Below, piece after piece: positions 47,511 through 60,878 of a stretch of 64,000 nucleotides of DNA. Every line of letters begins with the position of its first letter. Within the stretch, counting starts at the first letter, position 1. A program made the translations under genes and the position numbers. Source of the stretch: Okamejei kenojei (taxonomy: Eukaryota); contig CM069151.1 of assembly GCA_035221665.1 (NCBI GenBank), positions 20,708,001 through 20,772,000 on the forward strand, written 5' to 3'. Under the pieces are notes generated by a model. The model saw nothing but the letters and a program-made list of their open reading frames with translations, did not search any database and was not told where the DNA came from.

Positions 47511-49059
47511 CAGTATTAAGCAAACTTGGGTCAGGTGTGCAGCCAGCAAGCCCACTCTTGGTCTGGGCATTAATCTTTGTCACCAAGAATGTGCTTTGAA
47601 CACTTCCCACCCTCAAGGTCTTCCCAGGAGCATTATCCAATGTGGAGTTTTGATTCATGAGCAGAGGAAGGCAAGAAAGTAATATTGTATATTTCATGAA
47701 AAATAGGCATGTACTTTGACAATACAGAACAGTTGAAACGCATAAATGAATACATAATATTACAGGTAATTTCTATTGGCAAAGTGCAAGAAATTGCTCT
47801 GATTATTTTCCTATTAAAATTGAATGCATTGTTGATGGCTTGTTGTACACTGTCGCAGAATTGTTTACATATCAAATGTTCAGTCTCTCTCTTTTCTTCA
47901 CAGTTTTCTTTTCATCCTCAGTACAACTACACCTCTTTCAGGAAAGCACTATTCCTATCCCTCACTTTCAAAGTACCCAAAGTAAGTTTTCATGACCTTA
48001 CTGCAACTTACACTCATACCTCAATATCAGGCAGTAACCAGAAATGGCAAGACCCTGATATAGGTGTACTTGATTTTTCTTTTGTTCTGCTCCTTATTTC
48101 TGTATAACCATACTAGTTTCAATTTTGCAAATGAAAACATAACGTCATCCCAGTTGCACCAAAAGGATGATGTTCCTTTATTATATCAGCCATGTTTCCT
48201 CCTAGTAACCTTGTTAACCTTGTTAACTGCTCATAGGCACAATTGGCCAATTGCATTATCATTTTGTCTGGTTTTTTAAAAAGTGGTTAATCGGACCTCT
48301 CGTCCGCTTATAAAGTAAAATGCAAATCTTTTGTCGTTCTGAGAAATAAGCCTGCTGTCTACAAATTCACCTTTGCGGCTGTTGCTAATAAAGAAGGAAA
48401 ACTAATGAGGTCAGAGAATTCACACACAGTAGGTGACATTTTTGGCAAGCAGAATTATTTATTAATACATGAAATTCAAACATGTTTTTCTGGCTTCATA
48501 GCATTGCCCTCAACAAAAGACAACCAAAATGCACAAAGCCCACAGAGATTAACGGTATACAATGTGTAAATTAATATAAAAGATTATATATTCTGCAGAG
48601 AAGAATCAACCTTCGGCTTCCAAAAAGATCTTCAGTGGATCACAGAAATTAATTTGCCACTAAAAAGAACGTCACAGTCCATGTCTTTGAATTTGATTAT
48701 TTGACAATAGTGTTTTATGCAAGTTATATTTCAAAGCAAACACTTTTACAACCTTCCCAAAATCCTTCAAACGGGGCAATAATGTAAAGTTCTGGAAATA
48801 TGGCAACCATAATTTCTGCAATGTTTATTTGATGTCTGTAGCTGCATTAAATACAAGAAATTGCAGCTCAAGCATTGTCCACTTCCTTAAGTAAAAATGA
48901 TTTTTAACGGGACAATAAAAGTAAGGAGACTAGAAAATAGAGCTAAACATTGCCCCACAAGACAGAATCGGCAAATCACAAAGCTACTCAACTGGGAGAG
49001 ATGGGGAAGGGGGGGGGGGGTGGAAAGCTAAACCTCTAGATCAGATTACATATTGAGAT

Positions 49060-49330
49060 CTTGTATTGGACACAAGACTAGAATTCTATGATGCTGTGCT
49101 CCCAACAACTCTACTGTACGCCCTGCATGTGGAGAAGGCAGCTATTCACCTGCTTCATCATATTACGCAGAATACCAATGCACAATTGCTGAAGCAAGTC
49201 GACTCTCCAAGTAATCCACTCAATGCTCTGGGTACAAAAGAAAACTCCCTGCACCACCCCTACCCACTCCCTGGGATGTAGCCATTCAGAGATCCTTCGA
49301 GTCCTCTGAAGGCCTGTTTGCATGAGTTGA
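49060..49330 (+). mobile_element. Highly decayed RTE-clade LINE fragment
   Basis: TRLEFYDAVLPTTLLYA resembles the RTE TKxxVYxAVVxxxLLYG motif; downstream SRLSK resembles xRLPKQ. Confidence 0.55.
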
Positions 49331-49859
49331 GATCAGCATCCAGTTCCATTATGGCTAATAAGCCATTTCACTCAGGCTGTGATCCCTTGTAGGATCCTTC
49401 GAGTGATGGGTCCTCTCAAAGCTTGACAACCAGTCCTTTGTACATTCTGCAAATGAAACAAAATGTACATTGTTTTAGAACAAAACATGAGTTTGGTTTC
49501 CTGCTATAATTTTTTTTTTTTTTTTTAAACAATCCTGTGTGAGCCAGCTATTTATTTTGCGATACTCTTAGCTGGACATCATGAAAATGGGTTCAAATCC
49601 TCTTCCAAAACCCGACCACAGAAATCTATGCCAACATTCCAATTCAATAATTTGGGATGCCACATGTGTTAGCTTTATTCAGATATGCAACATAATTTAG
49701 CTTAGTTTATTGTCACGTGTATCGAGGTACAGTGAAAAGCATTTGTTGCTAACCAGTCAGTGGCTAGAAAATAGATGATTACAATCGAGCGCTGTACACT
49801 GTTAGGAAATTAATTTGGGAGGAAACCTGCTGTAAAAATAATGCACACGCCGTTCCTAT

Positions 49860-50015
49860 TGCCACAGAATGCTGTGGAGGCCAAGACAATGGATATTTTT
49901 AAGGGAGATAAATAGATTCTTGATTAGTACAAGTGTCAGGGGTTATAGTGAGAAGGCATGAGAATGGGGTTAAGAGGGAAAGAAAGATCAGCCATGATTG
50001 ATTGGTGGAATGCTG
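49860..50015 (+). mobile_element. HER1/CR1 3' fragment
   Basis: tgccacagaatgctgtggaggccaagacaatggatatttttaaggg...gattcttgattagtac...gatcagccatgattga. Confidence 0.85.
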
Positions 50016-50784
50016 CTCCAGTGACATCAATTTAGGAACTAAATAATCCAGCAATATCTGTAAAGATCTGTAATCCAGCAATATCTGTGCTGGACTTTGT
50101 TGTTAGCTTTGTTAAAACTGCACTGCAATCAAACCTCCCACAAATTTCAAGGAACAGTTGCATTTACTGTATATTGTTACTTAATCGAAACCGTAGCCAG
50201 TGTAGAAAGTTCACTTTGGTCCATCACAATAAAAGATACATGGAATGGCAAGATAGTCTGAAATGTATTCAAGCTCTCTGACCCAGAAACAAAACTACTA
50301 ACATTGTCTGGAATCTACTTTCTTCAGAGTTTTAATTGATCTTTGAGGACTTTTTCCTTAAAAAAAAAAGAACATTTCCTTTTTATCTGTATTCCCCTCT
50401 TTTTCTCTTCCAGCAGCAAATAAAACAAATTCTCTGTTCCTTTCTTAGTCAATAAATATCACTATTTTATGAATGATTGGTCCCATCATTTAGCCAGGTG
50501 CATAAGCTCACATTTGCAATATTTTTGCACACAAGTATGAAGAAACCAAGTAGAGATTACTGGACCTCACACCCTTGTAGAAGAGTTTAGAAGTGTTCTA
50601 TTTCAATACCTTTACCTCTTTGCCTGGGTATTACAAATACATTACAGAACAAATATGATGATTTGATTACCCATCTACTTTGACTGAAAAACATGAGCTT
50701 GCTCGTGGCACAATCAAACTGTGCATTAATGAAAAATATATCAGTGCTACTTTATCAAACATCAAAACAAGATCTTATTCCAAG

Positions 50785-51290
50785 AACCAAAACAAAGTGC
50801 TGGAGAGGCAGCATCTCTGGAAAACACGGATAGGTGGTGTTTTAGGTAGGTATCCTTCTTTAGACTATAGCAGAGGGAGCGGGGAAAAGAGAGCTGGAAG
50901 CAGGACAAAGCCTAGCAAGTGGTAGGTGGGTACAGGCAGGGCGGTGGGGGTTCATAGGCAGATTGCTGGACAAAGGATAGAGATGAAAAGACAAATCCTT
51001 TGCTCCCACTTTTTATCTTTTCATTTCTGGCCTTTGTCCAACTATCGACCAATCAACCCCCCCCCCCCCCCCCCCCCCCCTCCTCTCCTGTACTCACCCG
51101 ACACTTACCGGGCTTTGTCCTGCGCTCACCTTTCTTTATCCCCCACCACCACCATCAGTCTGAAGAAGGGCAACCAGCTGAAACGTCACTTATCCATGTT
51201 CTCCAGAGACACTGTCTGACCGACTGAATTACTGCAGCACTTTGTGACTTTTTATTTTAAACCAGCATCTGCAGCTCCTTATATTTCCAT
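50785..51290. mobile_element. Penelope-derived element made of two inverted 3' segments
   Basis: A minus-strand unit at 50790-50995 faces a plus-strand unit at 51010-51285 (cagtctgaagaagggcaaccagctgaaacgtcac); flanked by atcttattcca on both sides. Confidence 0.75.
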
Positions 51291-51819
51291 CTTATTCCAG
51301 AAGTTGTATTTGGTATTATAAATTTGACCTCATTAGTTTTGGATTATTGATTTTGAATGTAAAAAAAAAAAATGATAGTAACCCAATCAAGTAATTTTAA
51401 GATGTATAATTTTTACAGGGTCTACAATTTGAGTGTAATGAATATTAAACAATTTATTAGATTAATTGATGTCAGTTCACTGTTCCACTTAACTCTGCAC
51501 AGCAATCGTCTCAAAATTAATTTGAAAAATGCTTGTTGAAAAATACAGAACAAGCGGTGGAGAGCGACTGAAAGGAAGTGAAATGTATTAACTGTTGTTC
51601 CCCATTTTATGGTTTGAATATTGCAGAACAATAAACCACCAGAATTTGCAATGGGGTTTTCATCAGCAAAATACCTGTTGCATTCGTACTGTTGAAGATG
51701 CGTCAAGTTGGGGCAATACCAGTAGACACTCCTTTATTATATTTGAACCATGTTCTGAATTGTCAAAATAATTGCATCAAAAAAAAACTGGAGGAAGTTT
51801 TGGTACTGGTGTCACACTG

Positions 51820-52570
51820 TACTTTAGCCCACCACGTCTATTCAGACCATCAAAAATCCATGTATCAGTACTTGGCATAAACCAATCAATGCCTTAGCGT
51901 TCAAGTGCTCATCCAGATGCATCTTAAGATGTTGTGGAAGTAACTGATTTAACCAATGCACTCAGACGATGCATTCCAGATCCCGTCAACTCCCTGGGTC
52001 AAGAGATACAACCTTGGATTTCATCCAAGCCTCTTATCCCTCCCCATAAACCTATTCTCCGATTTCAAACTCCTCTGCTATGGGAAACAGTTCCCTAGTT
52101 TGTTCCCCTATAAAATGCCCCACATGATTTGTACACCTATTAGATTCTCCCTCAGCCGTCTCCATTCCAAGGAAAACAAATCCAGTCTACTCTGTTTCTC
52201 CACATAGCTGAAAGGCTCCATGCCAAGCAACATCCTGACAAATCTCCTCTGCACCCTCTCCAGCACAACCCTGTCCTTTCTAAAGTGTGGTGACCAGATC
52301 TGTACACAATACCCCAGCTGTGGCCAAGCCTATGTTGTTGTGCCATAGCCTCGCTTTTCTTATATTCCGTGCCCTGGTTAACAAAGGCAAGTCTTCTGGT
52401 TAGTCTTCTTCGGCAACCAAAGATATCCTTAAACTTGAATGCAAGGTCCCCCTGTTCCTCAGTGCTCCTTGGGGGAGCAGCACCGATCACTGTGCAGTGA
52501 TGTCCTACCCTTATCAGTCCTCCCAAAGTGTATCACCATGCATTTATCCGAATTACATTCCATCAGTTAT
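51820..52570 (-). mobile_element. CR1 LINE RT C-terminus and 3' end
   Basis: ORF 52152-52526 (-) contains EEQGDL and LAFVNQGTEYKKSEAM; the reverse strand also shows WSPH, LERVQRRF and MEFN.DKCMV.HF-like motifs. Confidence 0.85.
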
Positions 52571-55500
52571 CGCGCTAATATGAGATATGTCAGCCAATAT
52601 ATTTGGTTCTTGGACTTGAGTGGCATGCTCAGTTTGAGAAACATCGCCTGAAATCAAGAATGAAACATGCAGCCTCTGTGCTTGCGAAGATTTGGCCAAA
52701 CAAATCTCTTGGGATTAGTCCAAGATCAGTCTAATTTTATATACACATCAAGTGTTGGGCAGGCCTACAGGTGTAAAATCCTTCAACAGATGCTGAAATC
52801 ACATGGTGCAGCTCTAAAAGACTGCAGTTGTGTTTTTTACTGGACAAATTAATTGTTGTGCAGAGCTGATTTGGCTAAAGCAAAAAGCAAATCAACTTAA
52901 CTCTTAGTGATACTTGTTTTAGATGATTGTGAAGTGCAATGCTACCAGTGCTTCATTTATTAACATGCTCTTCACATGTTTTCTGAGAAATCTAATTATC
53001 CTGTATTGTAGATGAAGATCTTGCTATTAAGAATATTATGTGTTAACAAGATCCACTGCAGCTCGAGTCAGGTTGCGTGTACTACAACATAAATTCTCAC
53101 AGTAACCGCCATTGGGAAATTTTCCCCCGATGGCCAATTCTTCCACATTTAGAGAAGTGGAAACCAAAATAGTAAGCAACAGAATGCTCATTCCAATGAA
53201 GGTGATCTCTGTAAATATCAGTTGAAGAGACAAGCACAACAGCACTGTAGATGGGCCAGCTTAGAGTAACCAGGGAGGCTGGGATTATTTACTTTACCCA
53301 GGGAGAGGTTAAGGAAACATTTAGAAGGAAGCATTCATGGTCACATAAACAAGAAATATTGGTGGTGGCTGAAGTCCAATAGTGGCTGATGATCTATTGG
53401 TGGTCAATAAATTTTGAAAAAATACAAGCTTCAGAGGTCAAGTCCTCATGGGGGGGAAAAAAAAAAATCACCTATTTGGAAAAAACAAAAAATGCATAAT
53501 AATTTTTGTGGTTCTGGCATCATTCTGCAACTTTCAGAACAATGATGAGTTGTTATTGGAAATATTAGCAAATTCCTGGGGTGCACACTCTGAGGCCATG
53601 CAGGTTCTCAGTTCAACCAGTTCTTCTCCAGACCAGGAAATAGAATGACGGCTGCAGTCATATTACAATTCTCCCATTGTTGAGTGGAAATACAGCAGGG
53701 TTAATTGTGCAATGGGAAAGGAATATGTTGAAAGATTATTCGAACTCTCAATATCTGTAACCAATATCTGTCTGGCTATGAGAGGCAGCAAAGTTAGACT
53801 GCCATGCAGTTACTCATGTCAGTATTATAATGCTGCAGGCCAGGACATCCAGACATCAAACATGTCAAGAACCAATGAGCAAGTCACATCTACCTTCCAC
53901 TTTGTGCAGTCTTTTGGGGGAGCTACACTGAAATTCACATCAGGATAATAACCATGGTTGGGTAGATATGCAAGGCATAACACTTGTTAATTATTTTGAA
54001 TTTTGATTAAAGATTTCTCTTTTAATACCTAGCGAACCCCTCTGTTATCCGTGAATATCAATGTTTGCCTTTAGCAGAACCATTAAGGATGGAAAGACTA
54101 GCTTTCAAATGTTAAAATAGGGGAACAAGAATTGGTCAATTGAACTTCCAAGAATTTGTGCCCAAGAAACTGTCAGAACCCAGTGTCATCTGTTGGAGAA
54201 ACATGTGTTCTACAATGAAATTGTCCTGCGTGCTGCAAATTCTTTTCAGATGGAACTTTGCACGAAGCCACCAAGCAGAATCATCCCTTATGGCTTCCAA
54301 AAGACCTACTCAATGAGAAATGTATTTCAGCTGTAGGTTTGTAGGTGGTGTAACCAATCTGCTTAAGTGGTTTCCTACCTATCTTATAACTAACTGTGCA
54401 AGAAACAAGACCAATCACAATCCTCTCACTTGCTATGCAAAATGGAAATGGAATGAGAAGCCTGCATTTCACAAAAAAAACCAGAATCTGATCTTTTTAT
54501 TTTCTGACATATGTGGCTAAAGTGACATATGTGGCTGAAGTTTCAAGCTCAAGCATAAATTAATTGCAGGCTGACCAACGCAACCAACATGTCCTGAGGA
54601 ACTTGGAAAGGATATGTGGTAGACAGAGCAATGCTGCAACCTGATTTTTACTTAATTATATGCAGTGTTAAAATTTGATTACCAATGACAAAATTAAAAT
54701 CGCATCAGCTGGCATGCCAAAGCATAAACATTTTTTTCAAAATGGTAACTTTAGAATTCAGACCAATATTTGTAGAAATATGCAATAATAGTAAAGGGAA
54801 AATAAAATCACATTTCAGAAACATGGCAACAATTCATTTCTGGAGGTATAAATAAAGTGGAACAATATTCTATGAATTTTGAGTAACGTAATACCCAAAC
54901 TGTTTGAATTCATTCATTGCAAAGGAAACATCCTAATCAAATCTTTCAAGCAGGAAAAGAAAGGACTGACTTGCGCTTTTTCACTTGCTAACTTTTACTG
55001 AATACTAATGTACCTAGTACATTTCCATATTCCAAATTTTCAACATCTGCTTTATTTTTAGCAATGCTCAAAGTGTTAATCTATACAAAAGTCACATTTT
55101 TTGTTACAGAAATGTATAGATTTACTGGAATGATTCCAACCCTGTGGAATTGTAGCTAGACGGTTAGGTTGGAGAAACAGGAATCAAATGAAATGAGAGC
55201 AAGAACTATTTTTTAAAATATATTAAATAATGCAACAAGTCACTAATGACTCGGAATCCACTGCCATGAGGGTGGTAGATATGAAGGAAAATTTGAATTC
55301 AGAAGGAGACTGAAAGATGTGTGTGTGAGAGACACTATGGTGATAGAATGTGTGGAAAGGGACCGGTTGAATGGCTCTAAAAGGGGCAAGCATGGACTCT
55401 GTGGGCATATGGCATCCTCGTATACCACAATGACTGTGAATTAACCATGACTTTTATTCATAGTAAACTATGACTGAATATGCCAATTAACCCCAATCAA

Positions 55501-55654
55501 TAGCTTTCAGTAATACAATAAGCCTTCTGTCTGTGAAAACCTTTTGGTTAATGTTTGCTGGTCTATCCCGAGAGACATACCAAGCTCCCGGTCATCAACA
55601 GAGAATCCATTCTATTCCTTTGAAAAATAGATAACTCAGCAACATCATAATCAT

Positions 55655-56370
55655 ACTATATTATCCAAGTATGTTTTGCAACATACAAGGAATTTGATTT
55701 GCCTTATGTACTAATAAAAAGCAATAGAACACACAAAATACATTTCAACATAAACATCCAAATCAATGACTCCTCCACATTCCTCACTGTGATGGAACAC
55801 GAAAAAAAGTTCAATCTCTTCCCTTCTTTGTCCTCCAGTGGTCGGGGGCCTTTAACCTTCCATTGACTGGACGATATTATTCCCGTACCCAGCGGCAGTC
55901 CTCGTCGGTGCGATCAAGATCCTGCATCGGGGGAAATCTCAGCTTCCCCGCACCAGATGATCCTCCTCGGGTCGGGGCTTGTTCAATGTCGTGCAGTTTT
56001 GGAGCTTCCCGACTCGGTCTCTCCCAAGACTGCGAGGTCCTTGATGTTAAAGTCCACAAGTCGCGGATGGAGCGTCGGTCCCAGGCAAGGAATCGGCTCC
56101 GATGGCAAGTTCACGCCCCGTGGTGGGGCTCAAAGTCAGTCCCGAGCAAGGCCTCCAGCTCCACGATGTTAGGCCGCAGAGCGACCGGAGATATGACCCG
56201 GAAAACAATCGCATCTCCGGCAAGGTGAGAGATTGAAAACAAAGTTTCCCCCCGAACCCCCCTCCCCACATAAAACAAACCAAAGAACATTATCACGAAC
56301 TTTTTAAACAATAAAAATAACAAATAGACGAAAAGGACAGACAGACTCTAGGCGAGGCTGCTATCGCAGG
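55655..56370 (-). mobile_element. Near full-length CpG-rich non-autonomous retroelement, same family as 17100-17595
   Basis: 3' tail (tattatccaagtatgttttgcaacatacaaggaatttgatttgcc on +), GC-rich body, and 5' start gcgatagcagcctcgcc on the minus strand; no transposon-like ORF. Confidence 0.7.
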
Positions 56371-58419
56371 TGAACAAAAATGTCCTCTGTTAAATCTCTC
56401 TTTGCAGTAAAAATAGTCAATAATCAGCTACTACTACATTTCTTTTGTTCAAGGACTACATTATTATCTAGCAGAGAGAGCATCAATTTAGTCTGCTACA
56501 CGCAGACCGTTCATAGCCGATTAAACAGTCTGCACAGTTAATATGGAGAGACAGTTTTTGCTTACTTGATATATTTGATTCAAATATGACACTGCCCCAT
56601 TAAATTTGGCAACAAAACTGGGCCTGCACAGCAAAAACTAATATGGCTTCTCCACAACACACTTCACTACAGATTTGTTTCTTGACATAGTGAATATTTT
56701 ATTAGCACGACCATCTTGCCTTTTAAACTATCCTTTACTATTTCAATTTTTTTTAATAAATCAGCATATCGTTACATAAAAGACTATAACAACCTCAGGT
56801 CCAGTGGGCCTTGTCCCCTTATCCATCCAACTCATTCAAATCTATAAAATGCAAACTGAAGAACAGTTTCAATCAGTTTATCAAGCTTAGATTTTACAGA
56901 CCCACAACTCTGGGGGTCAAGGCAGCCCTACCACACCATCCTTAATAATTTAACAAGGCAATCTCCATCATTATTTAAACCATGGGGAACATTTGATAAT
57001 GACATCATAGTTTAATATTACAGAATATAACATCTGGGACTATGGCTACACGTACAACATGCAGGGCAAAATGATTACTCTGTGATATGCTCAAGGTCTC
57101 AAAACATTTAACAGTGCTGTGGTAACATTATTACACCTCCTGTCGCTGTATTTAATTTACGACAGGGGATTACAAGAAATGGAGCCACAGAGCTTAAGTC
57201 AAGGATCTGGGGGGTGGGGAAAGAGAACCTTTTTATTTAAAAAAAATAGAACTAGAGCTGCCAGCTGTAAGATTAGCAAGCACATCACCAGGCACTAAAT
57301 TCATACTTTTAGAGTTTTGTACAGAATGAGCATTGTCACACAAATTACCTTTCAAGCTGAATTGAGTCTTGGCCTTTCAAATAAATGCATTGACTGCATT
57401 TTAAACAAAACTATAAATGAGGTTTGATATACTTTGTTTTATTTTTAAACCAGAAATAAATCCAGAATCCCAGAGAGAAAGCTGTCCTCCTCCCAGTCCC
57501 CAAAAGGATAAAAAAGACTTATGTTGGCAATTTATTTAACAATGGGACAAATCTCCCTGGATCTGGCCTGTGGCCTGAATTTGCCATCCACCGTCCCCAC
57601 TTACCCACAATCAACTGGGCCAGATGTGGAAGACTAATCCTGCTGACCTTCACCACTCTGGGTTCAGGTAGCAAGGTCTCAGCAGCAACCAGGCCTCAGG
57701 TGGCATAGTGCACATGTCCTGGCCCCAGAACACCAAGACAAGAGGGCAAAACGGGGGGGGGGGACGGGGGGGGGACGAGGGATCAAAGGGAACTTTGCAT
57801 TTTGTCAAAGCCTGTAACCAATCTTAGCCAATTTAAAATGTTTCCAATATTGTGACGTTTAAAATATCAAAACTGATGTAAATAAGTAAACCGAATTTAA
57901 TATTGAATATTTTTAATACCTTTTTTTTTTAAACCACATTAAAACATTGCGAGTTCAATGGTTTTTAATTATTTTCTTCACCTAAATTCCGTATTTGCAA
58001 GACAAGTATCCTCATTGAAATTACTACTCTCTCTAATTTCCCAGCATAATGCGTAGTGACAGATGTGGCATAATCAGTCATTCAGCATGTCTCAGAATTG
58101 CAGCACGAACACGCGATCCATGACATTTCTCCTATGACGGCTGAGCATGGATACTTCCCATCTGAACCACCAGCCAAAGCCAGAAATATTCTCCCGTGCC
58201 CCAAATGTGTTTTGTGCATTTCAGTGTACCAACGCTGTAACTATCCTAACTCACTGCATTTGTTTGTGAATATCAAAAATAAGAGTTAATAACCTGGCTG
58301 GTAATTTGAAGATGAAAGAAAACTGATTTATAAAATTGTGGATATTAATAGGCAAATATGAATGTGCAGATTCTGTCAACTGGGAATATCAAATTGCAAC
58401 ATATATATATTAAAGTGGA

Positions 58420-58560
58420 TTAATTTAAGGCAGAGATAGATCTTGATTAGTACGGGTGTCAGAGGTTATGGGGAGTAGACAGGAGAATGGGGTTTCGGAG
58501 GGAGAGATTGATCAGCCACGATTGAATGGTGGAGTAGACTGGCCTAATTCTGCTCCTATA
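58420..58560 (+). mobile_element. HER1/CR1 3' tail
   Basis: tttaaggcagagatagatcttgattagtacgggtgtcagaggttatggggag...gatcagccacgattgaatggtggagtagact. Confidence 0.85.
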
Positions 58561-59140
58561 GATTTTGAATTTAAAAACCAATGCTGACTGGAAAAATAAT
58601 CTCAACTAAATCCATATGGTTGTAGAATTATACAGCACAGAACTGGGCCCTTTGTCACACCATGTCCATTCTGATCTTTATTCCCAAATACATCTATCGC
58701 ATGTGTCTGCTATAGGTCCCATTTCGTCCATTCCTTGCTTATTCAAGTGTCTATCTAAATGCCTCTCAATTGTACCTCTAACAGCCAGTATCAACCACTC
58801 TCGGTGTAAAACTAAAACGTTCCCCTCAAATCTATGACAGCAGCAAACCTTCTTAACATTACATTTAACTTTTAGCCTCTCAATGGCCAAATGCTGCTCC
58901 AAGATCCATTCCTCTAGCTGCTACTCCCAGAAAAGTTGGCAGTTTTTAACTTTCACTTCATGTTCCTATAAGTAATCCGTTTCAAATATTCTAATTTATT
59001 CTAATTACATAGAATCAATTTAAATTACTCACCTTGTGTCAATTTGCCATGCCTTACTTACCCCTTCACCTGTGGAAGCACTGCAGTGCAACCTTACGCA
59101 AGGGTATAATTATAGAATGACCAGTTTACATGGCAATCTG

Positions 59141-59300
59141 TTAGTTTAGTTATATAGAGCGGAAACAGGCCATTTGGCTCACCACGTCCACGCCAACCAG
59201 CACTCCCCGCACACTAACACTATCCTACACACACTAGGGACAATTTTCAATCTTTACCGAAGCCAATTAACCTACAAATCCTGTAAGTCTTTGGAGTGAA
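59141..59300 (-). mobile_element. HE1 SINE 3' part
   Basis: ttagtttagtt...ggaaacaggccatttggctc...acactatcctacacacactagggacaatt...gccaattaacctacaa. Confidence 0.85.
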
Positions 59301-59770
59301 TCTTCATTATATTCACACATGCATAACTAACAGCAAGATACAAGCTTCTGGAAACAGCAGGTGCATACTGATAGAAGCTTGAAACTTTCTGCAGACATGC
59401 ACCCTGAAAATGGTGCCAGACATCATGCCCATTTTGCCAATTGAAAATTGTCAGTCTTATTAGCTTGTGCTCAAGTGCAAAACACGTGAGAAATCGGATA
59501 AACTATTGGTGCTAATGAAAAGTACCAAACAAATGAATTCAATGCAATACAGCACATTCATTATTAGTGAACATCACGCTCGGTTGTTGGGCATATTCAC
59601 AACAGCTAGATTTCTGAGGGGGGGGGGGCGGGGGGGGGAGAAAGGGATTATTAAAAAATGGGATGAGCATCAGAAACAGGAAATTTGGCACAATCAGACC
59701 ACACTACCATTTATGCTTCAATCGAGAACTTTCTTCCATCCTGCAGCAAAACCCAGCTATTCCATTTCTT

Positions 59771-60077
59771 AAGGGGCTGTCCCACTGTACGAGCTAATTC
59801 AAGAGCTATCCCGAATTTAAAAAATCAAACTCGTGGTAAGCACATAGAATGTACGTAGCGGGTACGTCGGAGTTCAGGACGTCTCTTAGCAGCTCGTACT
59901 GTTAACGGCAGGCACTCGGGGAAACGTGGTAAGCTTGTGAAGATTTCTCAACATGTTGTAAAATGTCAACGAGAGCCCCGAGTACCTACGAGCGGCCATT
60001 ACCGTAATTCTCCCAGTTCGAATCAGGGGAAACTCGTGAGAACTCTTGAATTAGCTCGTACATTGGGACAGGCCCTT
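59771..60077. mobile_element. MITE with TIRs of about 37 bp starting AAGGG(G/C)CTGTCCCA
   Basis: Left aaggggctgtcccactgtacgagctaattcaagagct versus right-end reverse complement aagggcctgtcccaatgtacgagctaattcaagagtt; AT-rich (ttaa/ttta) junctions. Confidence 0.9.
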
Positions 60078-60716
60078 TATCCTCATTTGCTCAACCCTTC
60101 CTGCAATGCAACTACATCATTCACTCCAACCAGTCCCCGACAGCAAGTCCCACAGTCTCAGCACACTTTGTGTAAGGGAGCTTCAAATTCTGCACTCTAT
60201 TTTTTGTATTATCTTAATCTAATGCTCTCTAATTATCTTCTTAAGCAAGCAGAAATAAACCCTATACCCATCACCAAATCAAAACCTCCCATTAAAAAAA
60301 ATATTCAATAACCCACAGCCTTTTCAAGAGAGGCATGGCCTGTTCATCTTTTTCTTGTAAATCTCTCATTTCCAATTTCATCCTTGCAAATCCTTTTCAC
60401 CCTCCACAGTTCTTCAATATTCTTTTCATAAATATTTCAAGACAAACACTGCATAATATTCCATCGATGGTCTAGCAAAGATTCCACACAGATTAACCAT
60501 AGATCCTCACATTTCAATACTACCCATCTATCAAAAACACACCAAGTGCCTGGTTTGTTTTTGCTTTAAAATTGATTTCCCAACCCAAGGAAGTGAATTG
60601 GCACTTGTAATCCAAGGTCTATTTATTGTTCTGTTACATATAGACTTGTATCTTCCCATTAATTTGGCATTCCCATTCTTAATACCAAAAATCTACAAAC
60701 TTGCATTACCACTGTG

Positions 60717-60878
60717 GAAGGTAGACAAAAATGCTAGAGAAACTCAGCGGGTTAGGCAGCATCTATGGAGGGAAATGGGCCTATTTCCTTCACTCCATAG
60801 ATGCTGCCTCACCCGCTGAGTTTCTTCAGCATTTTCGTCTACCTTCGATTTTTCTGGCATCTGCAGTTCCTTCTTAAA
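60717..60878. mobile_element. Palindromic Penelope-derived insertion with arms of about 65 bp
   Basis: gaaggtagacaaaaatgctagagaaactcagcggg..aggcagcatctatggag mirrored by ctccatagatgctgcctcacccgctgagtttcttcagcattttcgtctaccttc; flanks ttaccactgtggaa / ttaccattgtggaa. Confidence 0.85.

Noticed and set aside
49223-49447. Minus-strand exon candidate after the acceptor tttgtttcatttgcag
   Set aside because: All three frames close, the peptides are unrecognisable, the donor is weak and the segment overlaps a decayed RTE fragment. A UTR exon is not excluded.
53036-53245. 69-aa minus-strand ORF with a hydrophobic stretch and cysteines
   Set aside because: Non-ATG start, no convincing splice donor and no recognisable family; consistent with chance.
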